Positions 11,910-25,200 of a stretch of 64,000 nucleotides of DNA are shown here, piece by piece. The position numbers were made by a program, and so were the translations under genes. The notes below the pieces were generated by a model. That model saw only the letters and a program-made list of their open reading frames with translations, made no database searches and was not told the DNA's origin. Position 1 is the first letter of the stretch; each line of letters opens with the position of its first letter. The DNA is from Anaeramoeba ignava BMAN (Eukaryota; Protista; Anaeramoebae): contig JAPDFW010000114.1 of NCBI GenBank assembly GCA_028826165.1, positions 744,001 through 808,000 of the forward strand. Direction: 5' to 3'.

Positions 11910-14903
11910 ATGATTAAAAGTGAATCAACAACAAGTTCAGAATATATAAAAAGCCATCAATCTTCACGTTCTAATTCTGATTTTTTAGAATTACATGAAT
12001 TAAACCCATTTAGATTAGAAGAAATGGGAAAATTAAAAATAAATGAAGAAATAGAAGAAAATGAAAAAGAAAAAGTTGAAAAAACTGAAGATTTAAATAA
12101 ATATTTTGTTTATCAAGGAAAAGGTGTTTATTGTCTTGATGATAATGATATTGTAAATTTATTTCAAAGTGAAAAATTATTGCCTTCTGATTCATCTACT
12201 GTTACTTATCAGGAGCCTAGTTTCGTTATATCAGTTTTACCTGCAGAAAGTATTAATTATTTTCAAATATTTAATTTAATATATAAATTATTTGAAATAT
12301 TTAAATTGTTTTCAAATATTTAATTTATTTTGAAATATATAAATTAATATTTAAATTAATATTTAAATTATTTTGAAATATTTAAATTATTTTGGAATAT
12401 TTAAACACTTAAACCATTTTTAATTTAACTATTCAAATTAATATATAAATTATTTTGGAATATTTTAAAATTATTTTGAAATATATAAATTATTTTGAAA
12501 TATTTAAATTATATTGAAATATTTAAATTATTTTGAAATATTTTTATAAATTATTTTGAATACTTAAACCATTTTTAATTTAACTATTTAAATTAATATA
12601 TAAATTATTTTGAAATATATAAATTATTTTGAAATATTTAAATTATATTGAAATATTTAAATTATTTTGAAATATTTAAATTATTTTGAAATATTTAAAT
12701 TGTTTGAAATATTTAAATTAATATATTAAATTATTTTGAAATATTTAAAATTTTTAATTTAACTATTCAAATTAATATATAAATTATTTTGAAATATTTA
12801 AATTATTTTGAAATATTTAAATTGTTTTGAAATATTTATATTAATATTTAAATTAATATTTAAATTTTTTAAATTTAATATTCAAATTAATATTAAATTT
12901 AAATTAATTTTAAAAATTAATATTAATATTTAAATTATTTTGAATATTTAAACACTTAAACCATTTTTAATTTAACTATTCAAATTAATATTTAAATTAT
13001 TTTGGAATATTTAAACACTTAAACCATTTTTAATTTAATATTCAAATATTTAAATTATTTTGGAATATTTAAACACTTTAAACCATTTTTAATTTAACTA
13101 TTCAAATTAATATTTAAATTATTTTGAAATATTTAAATTAAAATTTAAATTAATATTTTATATTAAAATATTTATATTAATATTTAAATTAATATTTAAA
13201 TTATTTTGAAATATTTATATTAATATTTAAATTAATATTTAAATTATTTTGAAATATTTATATAAATATTTAAATTAATATTTAAATTAATATTTATATT
13301 AATATTTAAATTAATATTTAAATTAATATTTAAATTAATATTTATATTAATATTTAAATTAATATTTATATTAATATTTAAATTAATATTTAAATTATTT
13401 TGAAATATTTATATTAATATTATTTATATTAATAAAACAAAAGTTTGGCTTCTGATTTTTGAATACTTAAAAGTTCCAGAAGTAATAAAAATATCAATGG
13501 TATGCAGAGATTTTCAAGATCTTACATACGATCGGGAATTATGGAGAAGATTAGCAATAAAAATCAACGAAGTATTCATTTGGAACAAACTAAGTGTTGC
13601 CGAACAACGATTGGAAGAATACAAAGTAATTGGATATCAACTAAATATAGAAAACGAAATTATTTCACTTCGAAAAATACAAGAAGAAAAAACAGAACAA
13701 GAAATAAACGAACAAGAAAAAGAAAATTTGCAAAAGAATTTGCGATCGGCTCGAATGCTCCAAAAAACAAACATTTCTGAGGACAGAATCCACCAGTTGT
13801 ACCAATCAACACCTCATTTACTTTCGGATAATCCTCCACAAAGAAATCATCCAATTTTATCAAATATTCGTTTATTAAGAAAAAAAGAAGTTGCCGATCA
13901 AGAAACTACAAAAAGAGACGAAAATGACGAACTTGTTCCTGTCGCAATTACTAACGAAAATACCCGCATGCAATATATAAACTTGCTTGAGAATCCCAGA
14001 GAATCGTTGATCGAGAAATTTATTGCGATGAAAAATCAATACGATGAAAAAAGGGAATTTCAAGCGCGCAGAGAACAAGAATTACGAGCACAAGAAAAGA
14101 CGCTCCGGCGCCGCGATACAACATCGTTTCTTTTCGGCATATTCGTCTGTCTGTGGCACTTCTCTTTGCTGATCTTCTTGATTTTGTTGAATTGTCGGAT
14201 CGAAAAAATCATTTCTATTGATTATTCAATTATGTTTATTCCAATGTTTATCACTTTATCGATTTCTGCTTTTTTTCTCTTCATGCTCTCCTTTTATGTC
14301 TATTCTGTGCATGACAGTTTTTCGATCCGTCTTTTCGCATCCGTTTCCGAAGTGTTGAATGTGCAGTTTCTATTGATTGCACTTAAACAAGATGACAAAA
14401 TAACAGCTAATTGGCCTACTATTTTTTTCCCGTTTTTTTTATTAGCGGCTTTCTTTGTGATTTTTATCTTTTGTGTTTGCATCTATGAATCAAGCCATCC
14501 AGCGAGTCTTTTTCTCCCGATGCTTACCTCGCTGATGTTTATGCTTTTTATAATATTTCTTGTTCTGAAACTCAATAGAAATATATACTGGAATTGGGCG
14601 TCAGTTTTTTCGCCTCTTTTCGTCATTTATTTACTCCCTTGTTTTGGTTGTTGCTGTGCTTGTTTGTCCCCAGAGGGCTGGGCTTTGCAAGCAATCTCGG
14701 GAGCTGTGTTTATAATATTGCTTCCGTTGGGTATTTTCCAGATCCTGCTTGCATTGTATCTTGAGGGAAATGATAATGTTTCCTCAATCAGTTATGTTTT
14801 TATTCCTCTTTATATCCTGAATGGATTCATTTTCTTCTTCACTGGCCCTTCTTGTTTTGTTTTAACTTGCCAGTTCTTTTTTCTTCACCACGATATGTGC
14901 TAA
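11910..14903 (+). CDS. F-box protein with C-terminal multi-pass TMEM185/TMEM60-like membrane domain; exons 11910-12249, 13444-14903
   Basis: Removing intron 12250-13443 restores SVLPAEIWLLIFEYLKVPEVIKISMVCRDFQDLTYDRELWR (F-box). The C-terminus has ~8 TM helices with repeated W/Y-x-x-(I/V)-F-x-P motifs (NWPTIFFP, WNWASVFSPLF, SYVFIPLY). Confidence 0.75.
12250..13443 (+). repeat. 1194-nt repeat-expanded intron (TTAAATTATTTTGAAATAT and TTAAATTAATAT units)
   Basis: GT at 12250 and AAG ending 13443 flank the tandem AT units. Confidence 0.8.
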
Positions 14904-15112
14904 TTTTGTCTTTCCATTTTAGAAAAAACAATTTAATTTAATTTAATTTAATTTAATTTAAATTTGATTTAATTTAATTTAAATTTAATTTGAATTTAAT
15001 TTGATTTAATGTTTTCGGGAGATTTTATTTTAATTTTAATTTTTTGTTTCTTTTTTAAAATTGAAATAAAATTGCAATCATTTTTGAATAATTTTCTTTT
15101 TTTCTGATAAAT

Positions 15113-17700
15113 TTAATTCCTTTTTGTTTTCGGTATAAAAAATGGTGAATTTGGTAATCTTTGTTTTAAATTCACTGATTTAATGATCCAATCAGGATTT
15201 AAAATTTTCACGTTTTTTGATTGTTCAAAATATTTCTTTAATTCTTGATCCCAAAAACTTAAAGAAGTAATTATATGAGTTGTTTGTTTTGGAATAAATT
15301 CTGTATTAATTTCTCCTTCATAAGCAACCACAATCCTTTTCAAATCATCAACTCGTTGGATTTGGTTTTCTTGATAAAAGAGCACATAAATATCTTTAAA
15401 TATTGAAAGAAGTGGAGATGGAAACGAATATTTTCTTTCACAGAGAAGTTTTTCTTCTTTCAAACAATCAAAAACCCAATGTTTATTAACAATATTTCCT
15501 GAAATTTCATTTACTTTCTTAAAAACTTCATTCTTTTCCCCACAAATCAAATGTGTTGTTTGATTATTCAAAATATTCCATTTTTCAGATATTTTTCCTC
15601 CCATTTGAAGAATGGCATCTTTTATTTTGTTTGTTTCTTTGTCATCAAATCCTGTAATCAAAGCATTGATTTCTTTCATAATTTGTTTTAGCAAATGATT
15701 CTTTTTTTTTTCATTTTCATTTTCATTTTCATTTTCATTTTCAATTTCATTTTCAATTTCCATTTCATTTTGATTTTGATTTTGATTTTCATTTTCATTT
15801 TGATTTTCATTTTGATTTTCATTTTCATTTTCATTTTCAGATATAACTCCAGAATCATTATAAACAAATATTTCCAAATTATAAGAAGTCAAAATATCCA
15901 ATAAAATATTTTCCATTTTTTCCCCAAAAATTTCATAAGTTTTCAAATTAATATGAACATCTGCTTCCAAAAAAAATGCTATACTTGCCAATCTTTGCAA
16001 ACTTAAAACCATTTTTTCTTCATCAATTTTGTTCCCCATTGTATGAACTATAAGATTGCAAACATAAACAATATTGCCATTTGTCATTTTGTTATTATCA
16101 ACTTCCACAACTTGAACATCACCAAGAAATGAATTTGTTTGATTTTTATAGCATTCTTGATAAAAATCCTCTGTTTGTTTCCATTTTTGTGAGATTGATA
16201 CAGCAATTGGATAATTTTGCCAATCACCATTCACTGAAACTAAATGCATTATTATCGCATTACGAATTTGCTTTTTCTTATTAAATGTTGCGCAAGGAAA
16301 CAGAAAATCATCATCAAGTCGTTTGATAATTTTCCTTGGTTTTGGTTTCAAAACCTCTGCATTATATGTCCATTTATCAGTAAATTCATCATATTCTTCA
16401 TTCACTAAATTTGTTGATGTTTGAATTATTGATTCCTGTTTTTGATAATTTTGTGCCTGTTTTGCTGATTCAAAAAATTGGCTCAATTCTTGCAAAGTTG
16501 TTGGTAATAAAGCATCCTCTTCACAAATTTTAACAACTTTCGGGAATCTTAATGAAATATTATTAGCTGTATGTCTTGGTGATTCAACAAAAACATTTGC
16601 TTTCACTTCCCAAATTTGACTTTTTTGTGGATCTTGAACTAAATAATCTGGAATTATTTCTGTTGTCAAATTCAACCATTTTGGTATTTCTTTTGTTAAT
16701 TTCATTCCAAGACAACTTTGTAATTTATTTTCCGCTATTGTTTTTTGTTTTACAAAATGAATTCTTGTTATTTCTTTTCTTATTTTCCTTTCTTTTCAAT
16801 TTATTTTTGTGAATATTACACATATTTGATTTAAATGCACAAATACAAACTGTTTTATATTTTTTAGTTTGTTCATCATAAACTCCAAGAAGAAAAAGAG
16901 GAATATCATTTTGGAATTCTTTTTGTTTTTTTTGTTTTAATATCCAAATCAATTCAAAACATTTTTTTTTACAAATTTCAAATTACTTTTTTTGTAAAGT
17001 CCCAATACAATTAAATTAAAAGGACCGATAAAATTATCCTCAATTTTTTTTAAATTATCTTCCATTATTTTTTCCAAAGCAATTCCTTTTTGAAAATCAG
17101 AATAAGCATTTCGACTAATTGCATCCAAAACAACTTTTTGATTTAAATTATTTTTTAAATATCCGAGTAAAATCCTTAAAATCCAAAGAAAATCATCTAA
17201 ATTGATTGATTGATTAATTGATTAAAATAAAATTTTCTTTTTCTTTTTCTTTTTCTTTTTAAATATAAACCTTTTGTAATTGAAGATTGAATTAAAGATT
17301 TCAATAAATTCTTCTTTTTTCGTGAACTTTCTTGGTTAAATTTTTCTAAAAAATCATGAAATTCTTGAATTGTTATTTCTTTTTTCCTTTTTTTATTTTG
17401 ATATGAATCAAATTTTTCTGAAATAAAAAAATCAATTGTTTTAATAAGATCTTTTGTTTTTGAATAATTTTCTGTTATTGCAGAATTTTCAATTCCAAAA
17501 AGAGAACAAATAAAATCAATTGTTTTTTTTTTCTTTAAAAATTTAAAATTTGGAAAATTAAATATTAAAATATTAATTATTAGTTTTTTTTCTGAAATGG
17601 TTTGTAATTTTTGGTAAATAAATTGTGTTTTTTTGCTTTCATCTTGTTCTTGATTAATTTTATTTAAAAGAACACAAAATTCATGAAATGATTCTGACAT
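15113..17700 (-). CDS. DNA ligase III-like protein lacking the adenylation domain: DBD-OB-macrodomain-BRCT-BRCT, 786 aa; exons 17700-17271, 17196-16987, 16918-16820, 16734-15113
   Basis: Four exons splice in frame (2361 nt). DBD: FHEFCVLLNKI, DDFLWILRILL, VLDAISRNAYSDF. OB fold: NLIVLG, FLLGVYD..KYKTVC, PKWL..PDYLVQDPQKSQIWEV..HTANNISLRFPK (Lig3: PSWL..PDFIVPDPKKAAVWEI..HTADGISIRFPR). No KxDG motif. Confidence 0.8.
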
Positions 17701-17791
17701 TTTAAAAAGAGAAGAAAAAATGAAAAAAAAAACACAAAAAAATTTTTTTCATTTTTTTTTCATTTTTTTTCATTTTTTTTCATTTTTGCAA
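17701..17791. promoter_or_regulatory. Candidate 91-bp bidirectional promoter with oppositely oriented TTTTCATTTT (Inr-like) elements
   Basis: Divergent ATGs at 17700 (-) and 17792 (+); AAAAAATGAAAAAA at ~17715-17730 and four TTTTCATTTT copies at ~17745-17787. Confidence 0.55.
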
Positions 17792-20700
17792 ATGAAATTT
17801 GGTAAATTCCTTCGATTAAATAAAGTTTCTGAATGGGAAAGTCATTATATAAATTATAAACAACTTAAAAAGATCATCAAGCAAATCAAACTCAATAAAC
17901 AAGGTAAATAAAATATAAAAAAAAAAAAAAATTTTTTTTCCAAGTGTTTTAAAGAAAATTTTCAATAATATTCTTCTTTTAATTAATAATTTTAATAAAT
18001 TTTATTAATTTAATAAATAATTTTATAATTTAATTTATAAATAATTTTAATAAATAATTTAATAAATAATTTTATAAATAATTTTATAAATAATTTAATA
18101 AATAATTTAATAAATAATTTAATTAATAATTTCATTAATAATTTTATAATTAATTTAATAAATAATTTAATAAATAATTTAATAAATAATTTTATAAATA
18201 ATTTTATAAATAATTTAATAAATAATTTTTATAAATAATTTAATAAATAATTTAATAAATAATTTAATAAATAATTTAATAAATAATTTTATAAATAATT
18301 TTTATAAATAATTTTATAAATAATTTAATAAATAATTTTATAAATAATTTAATAAATAATTTTATAAATAATTTAATAATTAATTTTATAAATAATTTTA
18401 TAAATAATTTTATAAATAATTTAATAAATAATTTAATCAATAATTTAATCAATAATTTTATAAATAATTTAATAATTTTATAAATAATTTTATTAATAAT
18501 TTTATAAATAAATTTATAAATAATTTAATAATTTAATAAATAATTTAATAAATAATTTTATTAATAATTTTATAAATAAATTTATAAATAATTTAATAAT
18601 TTTATAAATAATTTTATAATTAATTTTATATATAATTTAATAATTAATTTAATAAATAATTTTTATAATTAATTTAATAATTAATTTAATAAATAATTTA
18701 ATAAATAATTTAATAAATAATTTTATAATTTAATTTATAATTTAATTTATAAATAATTTTTATAAATAATTTAATAAAATAATTTAATAAATAATTTAAT
18801 AAATAAATTAATAAATAATTTAATAATAATTTTAATAAATTTTATTAATAATTTTATAAATAATTTTATAAATAATTTAATAAATTAATAATTAATTTTA
18901 TAAATAATTTAATAATTAATTTAATAATTTTATAAATAATTTAATAAATAATTTAATAAATAATTTTTTAATAAATAATTTAATCAATAATTTAATAAAT
19001 AATTTTATAAATAATTTTATTAATAATTTTATTAATAATTTTATTAATAATTTAATAAATAATTTTTATTAATAATTTTATAAATAATTTAATAAATAAT
19101 TTTATTAATAATTTTATAATTAAATTAATAATTTAATAAATAATTTTATAAATAATTTTTTATAAATAATTTTATTAATAATTTAATAAATAATTTAATA
19201 AATAATTTAATAAATAATTTTATAAATAATTTAATAAATAATTTAATAAATAATTTTATAAATAATTTAATAAATAATTTAATAAATAATTTAATAAATA
19301 ATTTTATAAATAATTTTATAAATAATTTAATAAATAATTTAATATATAATTTTATAAATAATTTAATAAATAATTTAATAAATAATTTAATAAATAATTT
19401 AATAAATAATTTTATAAATAAATTAATAAATAATTTAATAAATAATTTAATCAATAATTTAATAAATAATTTAATAAATAATTTTATAATTTAATTTATA
19501 AATAATTTAATAAATAATTTAATAAATAATTTAATAAATAATTTAATAAATAATTTTATAAATAAATTAATAAATAATTTAATAAATAATTTTAATAAAT
19601 AATTTAATAAATAATTTAATAATAATTTTATAAATAATCTTATAAATAATTTAATAAATAATTTAATAAATAATTTTATAAATAATTTAATTAATAAATA
19701 ATCTAATAAATAATTTAATAAATAATTTTATAATTAATTTAATAAATAATTTTATAAATAATTTAATAAATAATTTTTAATAAATAATTTAATAAATAAT
19801 TTAATAAATAATTTAATAAATAAATTAATAAATAATTTTATAAATAATTTTATAAATAATTTAATAAATAATTTTATAAATAATTTAATAAATAATTTTA
19901 TAAATAATTTTATAAATAATTTTATAAATAATTTTATAAATAATTTTATAAATAATTTTATAAATAATTTTATAAATAATTTAATAAATAATTTTATAAA
20001 TAATTTTAAAGAGGAGGAACAATTTTGGAAACAATTTAAAGCTATGATTGATAAAGTCAATAATTATTATTTAATTCTTGAGAAAGAACTAATTGGAAGT
20101 TTTCCATTAGCACAAAAATTCAGTGAAAAAGAGGTTTTTGTTGTTAAAGGAAATGATCCACCAGCTCGATTTCGAAAACCAGCTTATAGAGTTGAAATTG
20201 AAACATTCTTTCTTGATCTTCAAAAACTTAAACAATATGCTGATTTGAATTATTTAGCTTGCGCAAAGATTCTTAAAAAATTTAAAAAGAATACTCACAA
20301 AACTACTGGTGATAACTTTCTTCAATCTCATGTCAGCCAATTACCTTTTCATTCTTCTCAAAATCTTCAAAAATTATATAAAAATGGTCTTGTAATTTTT
20401 CCTTTTAAATTTAAAATTAAAATTAAAATTAAAATTAAAATTAAAATTAAAATTAAAATTAAAATTAAAATTAAAATTAAAATTAAAATTAAAATTAAAA
20501 TAATTAAAAATTAAAATGAAAATTAAATTAAAATTAAAATTTAAAATTAAAATTAAAATTAAAATTAAAATTAAAATTAAAATTAAAATTAAAATTAAAA
20601 TTAAAATTAAAATTAAAATTAAAATTAAAATTAAAATTAAAAAAATTAAAATTAAAATTAAAATTAAAATTAAAATTAAAATTAAAATTAAAATTAAATT

Positions 20701-21050
20701 AATTAAAATTAAAATTAAAAATTAAAATTAGAATTAAAATTAAAATCAAAATTAAATTAAAATTATAATTAAAATTAAAATTAAAATTAAAATTATTATT
20801 AAATTTAAAATCAAAATTAAATTTTTAAAAGGTTGTTTTTTCTCATGTTTTTACTGAGAAAAATTTGGAAATTGCAAAAGAAACAATTGAAGATATTATT
20901 TCTAAATATCGATTTGATCTAACTCGTATTTCTAAAAGTACTGAATCTGGATTTGCAGCAATTTCATTATGGGATCAACTTGATAGAACTGTTAAAAGGA
21001 GAAATTCACTTAAGAAAATGAAAGAAAATGAACAAGCAAATCAAAAATAA
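17792..21050 (+). CDS. Stand-alone SPX-domain protein (phosphate/inositol-pyrophosphate sensor); exons 17792-17903, 20012-20391, 20832-21050
   Basis: MKFGKFL..EWESHYINYKQLKKIIK, F..IDKVNNYY and LKQYADLNYLACAKILKKFKK are the three SPX blocks; in-phase GT-AG joins; no TM domain. Confidence 0.88.
17904..20011 (+). repeat. 2108-nt intron filled with a 12-mer ATAAATAATTT(A/T) minisatellite
   Basis: Tandem 12-mer between donor 17904 and acceptor 20011; source of the spurious KLFI ORFs. Confidence 0.88.
20392..20831 (+). repeat. (AAAATT)n intron
   Basis: Hexamer array between GT and AG. Confidence 0.88.
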
Positions 21051-21319
21051 AGAAGTGATTTATTTTCTCATTCTTTAAAATTTCTCTTTTCAAAATTTTT
21101 CACTTTTTTTTTTCATTCATATTCTTCTTTTTTTTTTTCTTTGTTTTTGACAATATTTCAATCAAAACAAATTCAATAAAAAAGATTTAAACTTTTTTTT
21201 TAGTTTTGAAATAATAAAACTTTATCAAAAAATTTAGTCAACAAATCATTTATTCTTTTTATTTTTTTTTTTTTAAAACAAAAAGTGGAACTTGAAAAAA
21301 AAAGCAAAAAAAAATTTTT

Positions 21320-21943
21320 TTGTTCTTCTTTTTTTCATTTGATTCCTTGCTTTTCTTTTTTCTTTTTTTTCTTTTGAAGATCAGCAATAATTTGATTAAT
21401 ATAAATTGATAATTCTGAACAAATTAAATTTGAATTTCCACATTCAAAAACAAATTTTTTTTGATTAATTTTAACAATTAAAAAAAAAGAACCCAACCCT
21501 AATTTTAAAATTAAAATTAAAATTAAAATTAAAATTAAAATTAAAAGAACCCTAATTTAAAAATTAAAATTAAAATTAAAATTAAAATTAAAATTAAAAT
21601 TAAAATTAAAATTAAAATTAAAATTAAAAAAAAATTAAAATTAAAATTAAAATTAAAATTAAAAAAAAAATGGAATAAAAAAAGTGGAACAAAAAAATAA
21701 ATATAATTTTCTTACTGATGTTCCCCAACTATCAATGTCATAATAAGAAAATGTTAAAGATTCTTTTTTAGGAAAAACATTAAAAATTTCAAAACTGTCA
21801 GGTGTTAATGTCAAAGTTATATATTCTGGAAGTATTTTTGATGGATCTTTTATTACTTTACAAGTAAATTGAGTTTTTTTTCTTCTTCTTATTGTTGGAG
21901 TATTTGGAAGTGTTTCTTTATATTTATTTCCATTATTTCCCAT
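21320..21943 (-). CDS. Small putatively myristoylated PH/PTB-like (FERM-C-like) domain protein; 2 exons, 3' end approximate
   Basis: MGNNGNK N-terminus; beta-rich LTLTPDSFEIFN..FSYYDIDSWGTS, then after an intron KKFVFECGNSNLICSELSIYINQII (PH-fold terminal helix). Exon 2 needs a homopolymer correction. Confidence 0.5.
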
Positions 21944-22215
21944 TCTTCTTCTTATTTATTTTTTATTTTATTTATTTTTAAAAATGAATTAAATTTTTTT
22001 TTTTAAAATTTTTTTTTTAAAGATTTGGTTTTTAGTTTGACTTTGAATATTTAACAAATTTTTTTGACTTTTTAATTTTAGATTAATTTTGACATTTAAA
22101 ATTTAAAATTTATATTAATTTTTATGATAATTTTAATTAATGTCTTCTTTTAATTTTAATTAAATTTTTTTTTTCTTTTTTTTTTCATTTTTTTTTTAAT
22201 TATTTTTATTAAAAA

Positions 22216-25200
22216 ATGGTTGATGTTAAAGAAGCTTTAAAAAGTTTAGAAAAAACCAAAGAATTTGTGAAAAAATATCAAGTTGATTATGCATTACATG
22301 TATATTAAAAAAAAAGACACAAAAAAACAATTTTTTTTATTTAAATTTAACAAATTATTTAAATAGAATGTAAATTAAGATTTTATTTTTTTAAATTTTT
22401 TAAATTTTTTTTTCCTCTTTTTTATTAATTGGATTTATTTTCTTTTTAGGATCCATCTCCTCTTTATCAAGCAATAAGCGATTCAGAAAATTATGGACAG
22501 AGAAAAGAAGTTATTAAATACCTTCTCAAGAAACATGCAAACATTAATTTTATACATGTATTAAAACAATTTTAAAAATAAGAAATCAATTAATTTTTAA
22601 CAAAATATTAACAAAATAAAAAAATTTATAATTTTAGCCCGATGTAGTTTTATTTAAATTTTTAAATAATTTTTAAAAGTGAATTGTTAATTGTTAATTT
22701 TTAATTCTTTTTCATTTACATTTTTTTAGTCTGTATTTTTGTTTAAATATAATCTTTTTTTTTTTTCATAATTTGATTAAAAAAAAATTCAAAATATCAA
22801 ATACATTCCATTTCATTTCATTTCATTTTATTAAAATAGAAAGATACACCTTTGCATTTAGCAGTTGAAGATCAAAATGAGGACTTGGTTGATTTACTTT
22901 TACAATACAGCCCAGATCCAGCTATTAAAAATGTATAAATTATTGAATTAAATTATTGAATTAAATTATTGAATTAAATTTTTGAATTAAATTTTTGAAT
23001 TAAATAGCAAGTAAAAATAAAATATAAAGTTAAATTCAAAGAAAATTCAAACAATTAATTATTTTGATATTAATTTTTATAGGATGGTCAAATTCCACTC
23101 CATTTAGCAGATGAAAATTATTCCATTTTCAAAAAATTAATAAGATATATGCTCAAAAAACACAAAGAGGCAATATACACTAAAGATGTATTTAATCAAC
23201 CAAAAATATTTGAAAAACAAATTTCAGTTTAATTGATAAATGAAAAAAAAATATTTTAGAATGTAAATTTTTTACTTAATTAACTAATTAATTAATAACT
23301 AAATTTTTTTTATATAAATTGAAATTATAGGATGTAAATTTTGTTTCAATTTAAAAAAACATTTTGATTTTAAATTCCTTTATACTTTAAATTGTTTTAG
23401 GATGAAACACCTTTTGATAATTTAGAAAAAAATAAGAAAAAAGAAATTGAAGAAATAATAAAACGTAAATTTATTCATTTCAATATCTAATTTTTTTCTA
23501 TTAAAAAGTAACTAAATTTTTATTTTATTTATTTAGAAGAGGAAAATAAATCAAAAGATAAAAAAAAAGATTCTGGAAACAAAAAATTTATTCCAACATC
23601 AATAACAGAATCAACAAAAGAATCAACAGAATCAACAACAGAATCAACAACAGAATCAACAACAGAATCAACATCAAGTGATACAGATCAAAAAGAAAAA
23701 GAAAAAGAAAAACAACAAAAAGAGAAAGAAAAACAAAAACATAATTCAAAACATCAATCAAAGCAGCAAACAAAAGATCAATCAAAACATCAATCAAAAG
23801 ATCAACCAAAACATCAATCAAAAGATCAATCAAAACATCAATCAAAACATCAATCAAAAGATCAATCAAAAGATCAATCAAAACATCAATCAAAAACAGA
23901 AAAAGAAAAAGCAAAACAAAAAGAAACAAAAGATTCAAAACATAACTCAAAAAATCAATCAAAAACAGAAAAAGAAAAAAAAGGAGTAAAAGAAAAGAAA
24001 ACAGATCCAAAAGATACAAAGAAATCAAAACATCAATCAAAGACAGAAAAAGAAAAGAAAGGAGTAAAAGATTCAAAACATAACTCAAAACATAAATCAA
24101 AAACAGAAAAAGAAAAGAAAAGAGATAAAAGATAAAAATAAATCAAAACATGAATCAAAAACAGAAAAAGAAAAGAAAGGAGTAAAAGATTCAAAACATG
24201 AATCAAAAAGTAAATCAAAAACAGAAAAAGAAAAGAAAACAGATCCAAAAGATAAAAAGAAATCAAAACATCAATCAAAAACAGAAAAAGAAAAAGCAAA
24301 ACAAAAAGAAACAAAGGATTCAAAACATAACTCAAAAATCAATCAAAAACAGAAAAAGAAAAAGCAAAACAAAAAGAAACAAAGGATTCAAAACATAACT
24401 CAAAAAATCAATCAAAAACAGAGAAAGAGAAAGAGAAAGAGAAAGAGAAAGAGAAAGAGAAAGAGAAAGAGAAAGAAAAACAGAAAGAGAAACAAAAATC
24501 AAACATAAAAGAAATTTCTGAATCAAGAAGTCGATTTGAAATTGTTACTCTTTCTGAAATCAACGAAAGAATAGAGCCAAATATTCCATATGAATATTTA
24601 GATTACGAAACAGAAAAAACAAATTTAAATGTCTTTTTTTATCTTTCACAAATGATTGAAACATCTAAATTTATTCAAAAAGGATTACTTTGGGATGAGA
24701 AAATCAAATTTGAAACAATCGTTAATGAATCAAATTGTTTTGAAGAAATTGTATTTCGTTCTGAACAAATATTAAATCAAAAAACAACAAAAAGCATGCA
24801 AATTAAGAATCTTCCTGAATACCAGAAAATTTCTCAACAAAACGAACTTATAATATCAATTCTGCAAGACATGTCTGAAGGAAATCACATTGATCCCACA
24901 AAAATTAACAGCATATCTTTCTCATTTTTGAACGAATTGAATGATTTAAAATGCGTAAGATCCTATTTTGATTTTTATAATCATTTCGAAGAATACAAAA
25001 AAATCGAAGAAAATTTCCGATCGATTTTGAACCAAGTTTTCCATTTTGGAAACAAAGAACAATTCAAAGATCGGTTATCCCTCAAAAAATTAATTTCGAA
25101 TCTTGCGCCTTTTAAAACAACTGTCCCAAATAAGAATGGGTTTGAAATTTACCCGATCGAAAATACTGCACAATCAATGATTGAAAATTTATTACCTCAT

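Noticed and set aside
17904-20011. CRISPR-like or telomeric array interpretation of the long regular repeats
   Set aside because: There are no unique spacers, no cas genes and no G-rich telomere unit; the arrays sit inside GT-AG introns or between genes.
23580-24500. Pseudogenisation of the ankyrin gene by multiple frameshifts
   Set aside because: The shifts are confined to A-rich tandem repeats while the flanking exons and the 565-aa downstream ORF are clean. This is more consistent with sequencing error, though not provable here.
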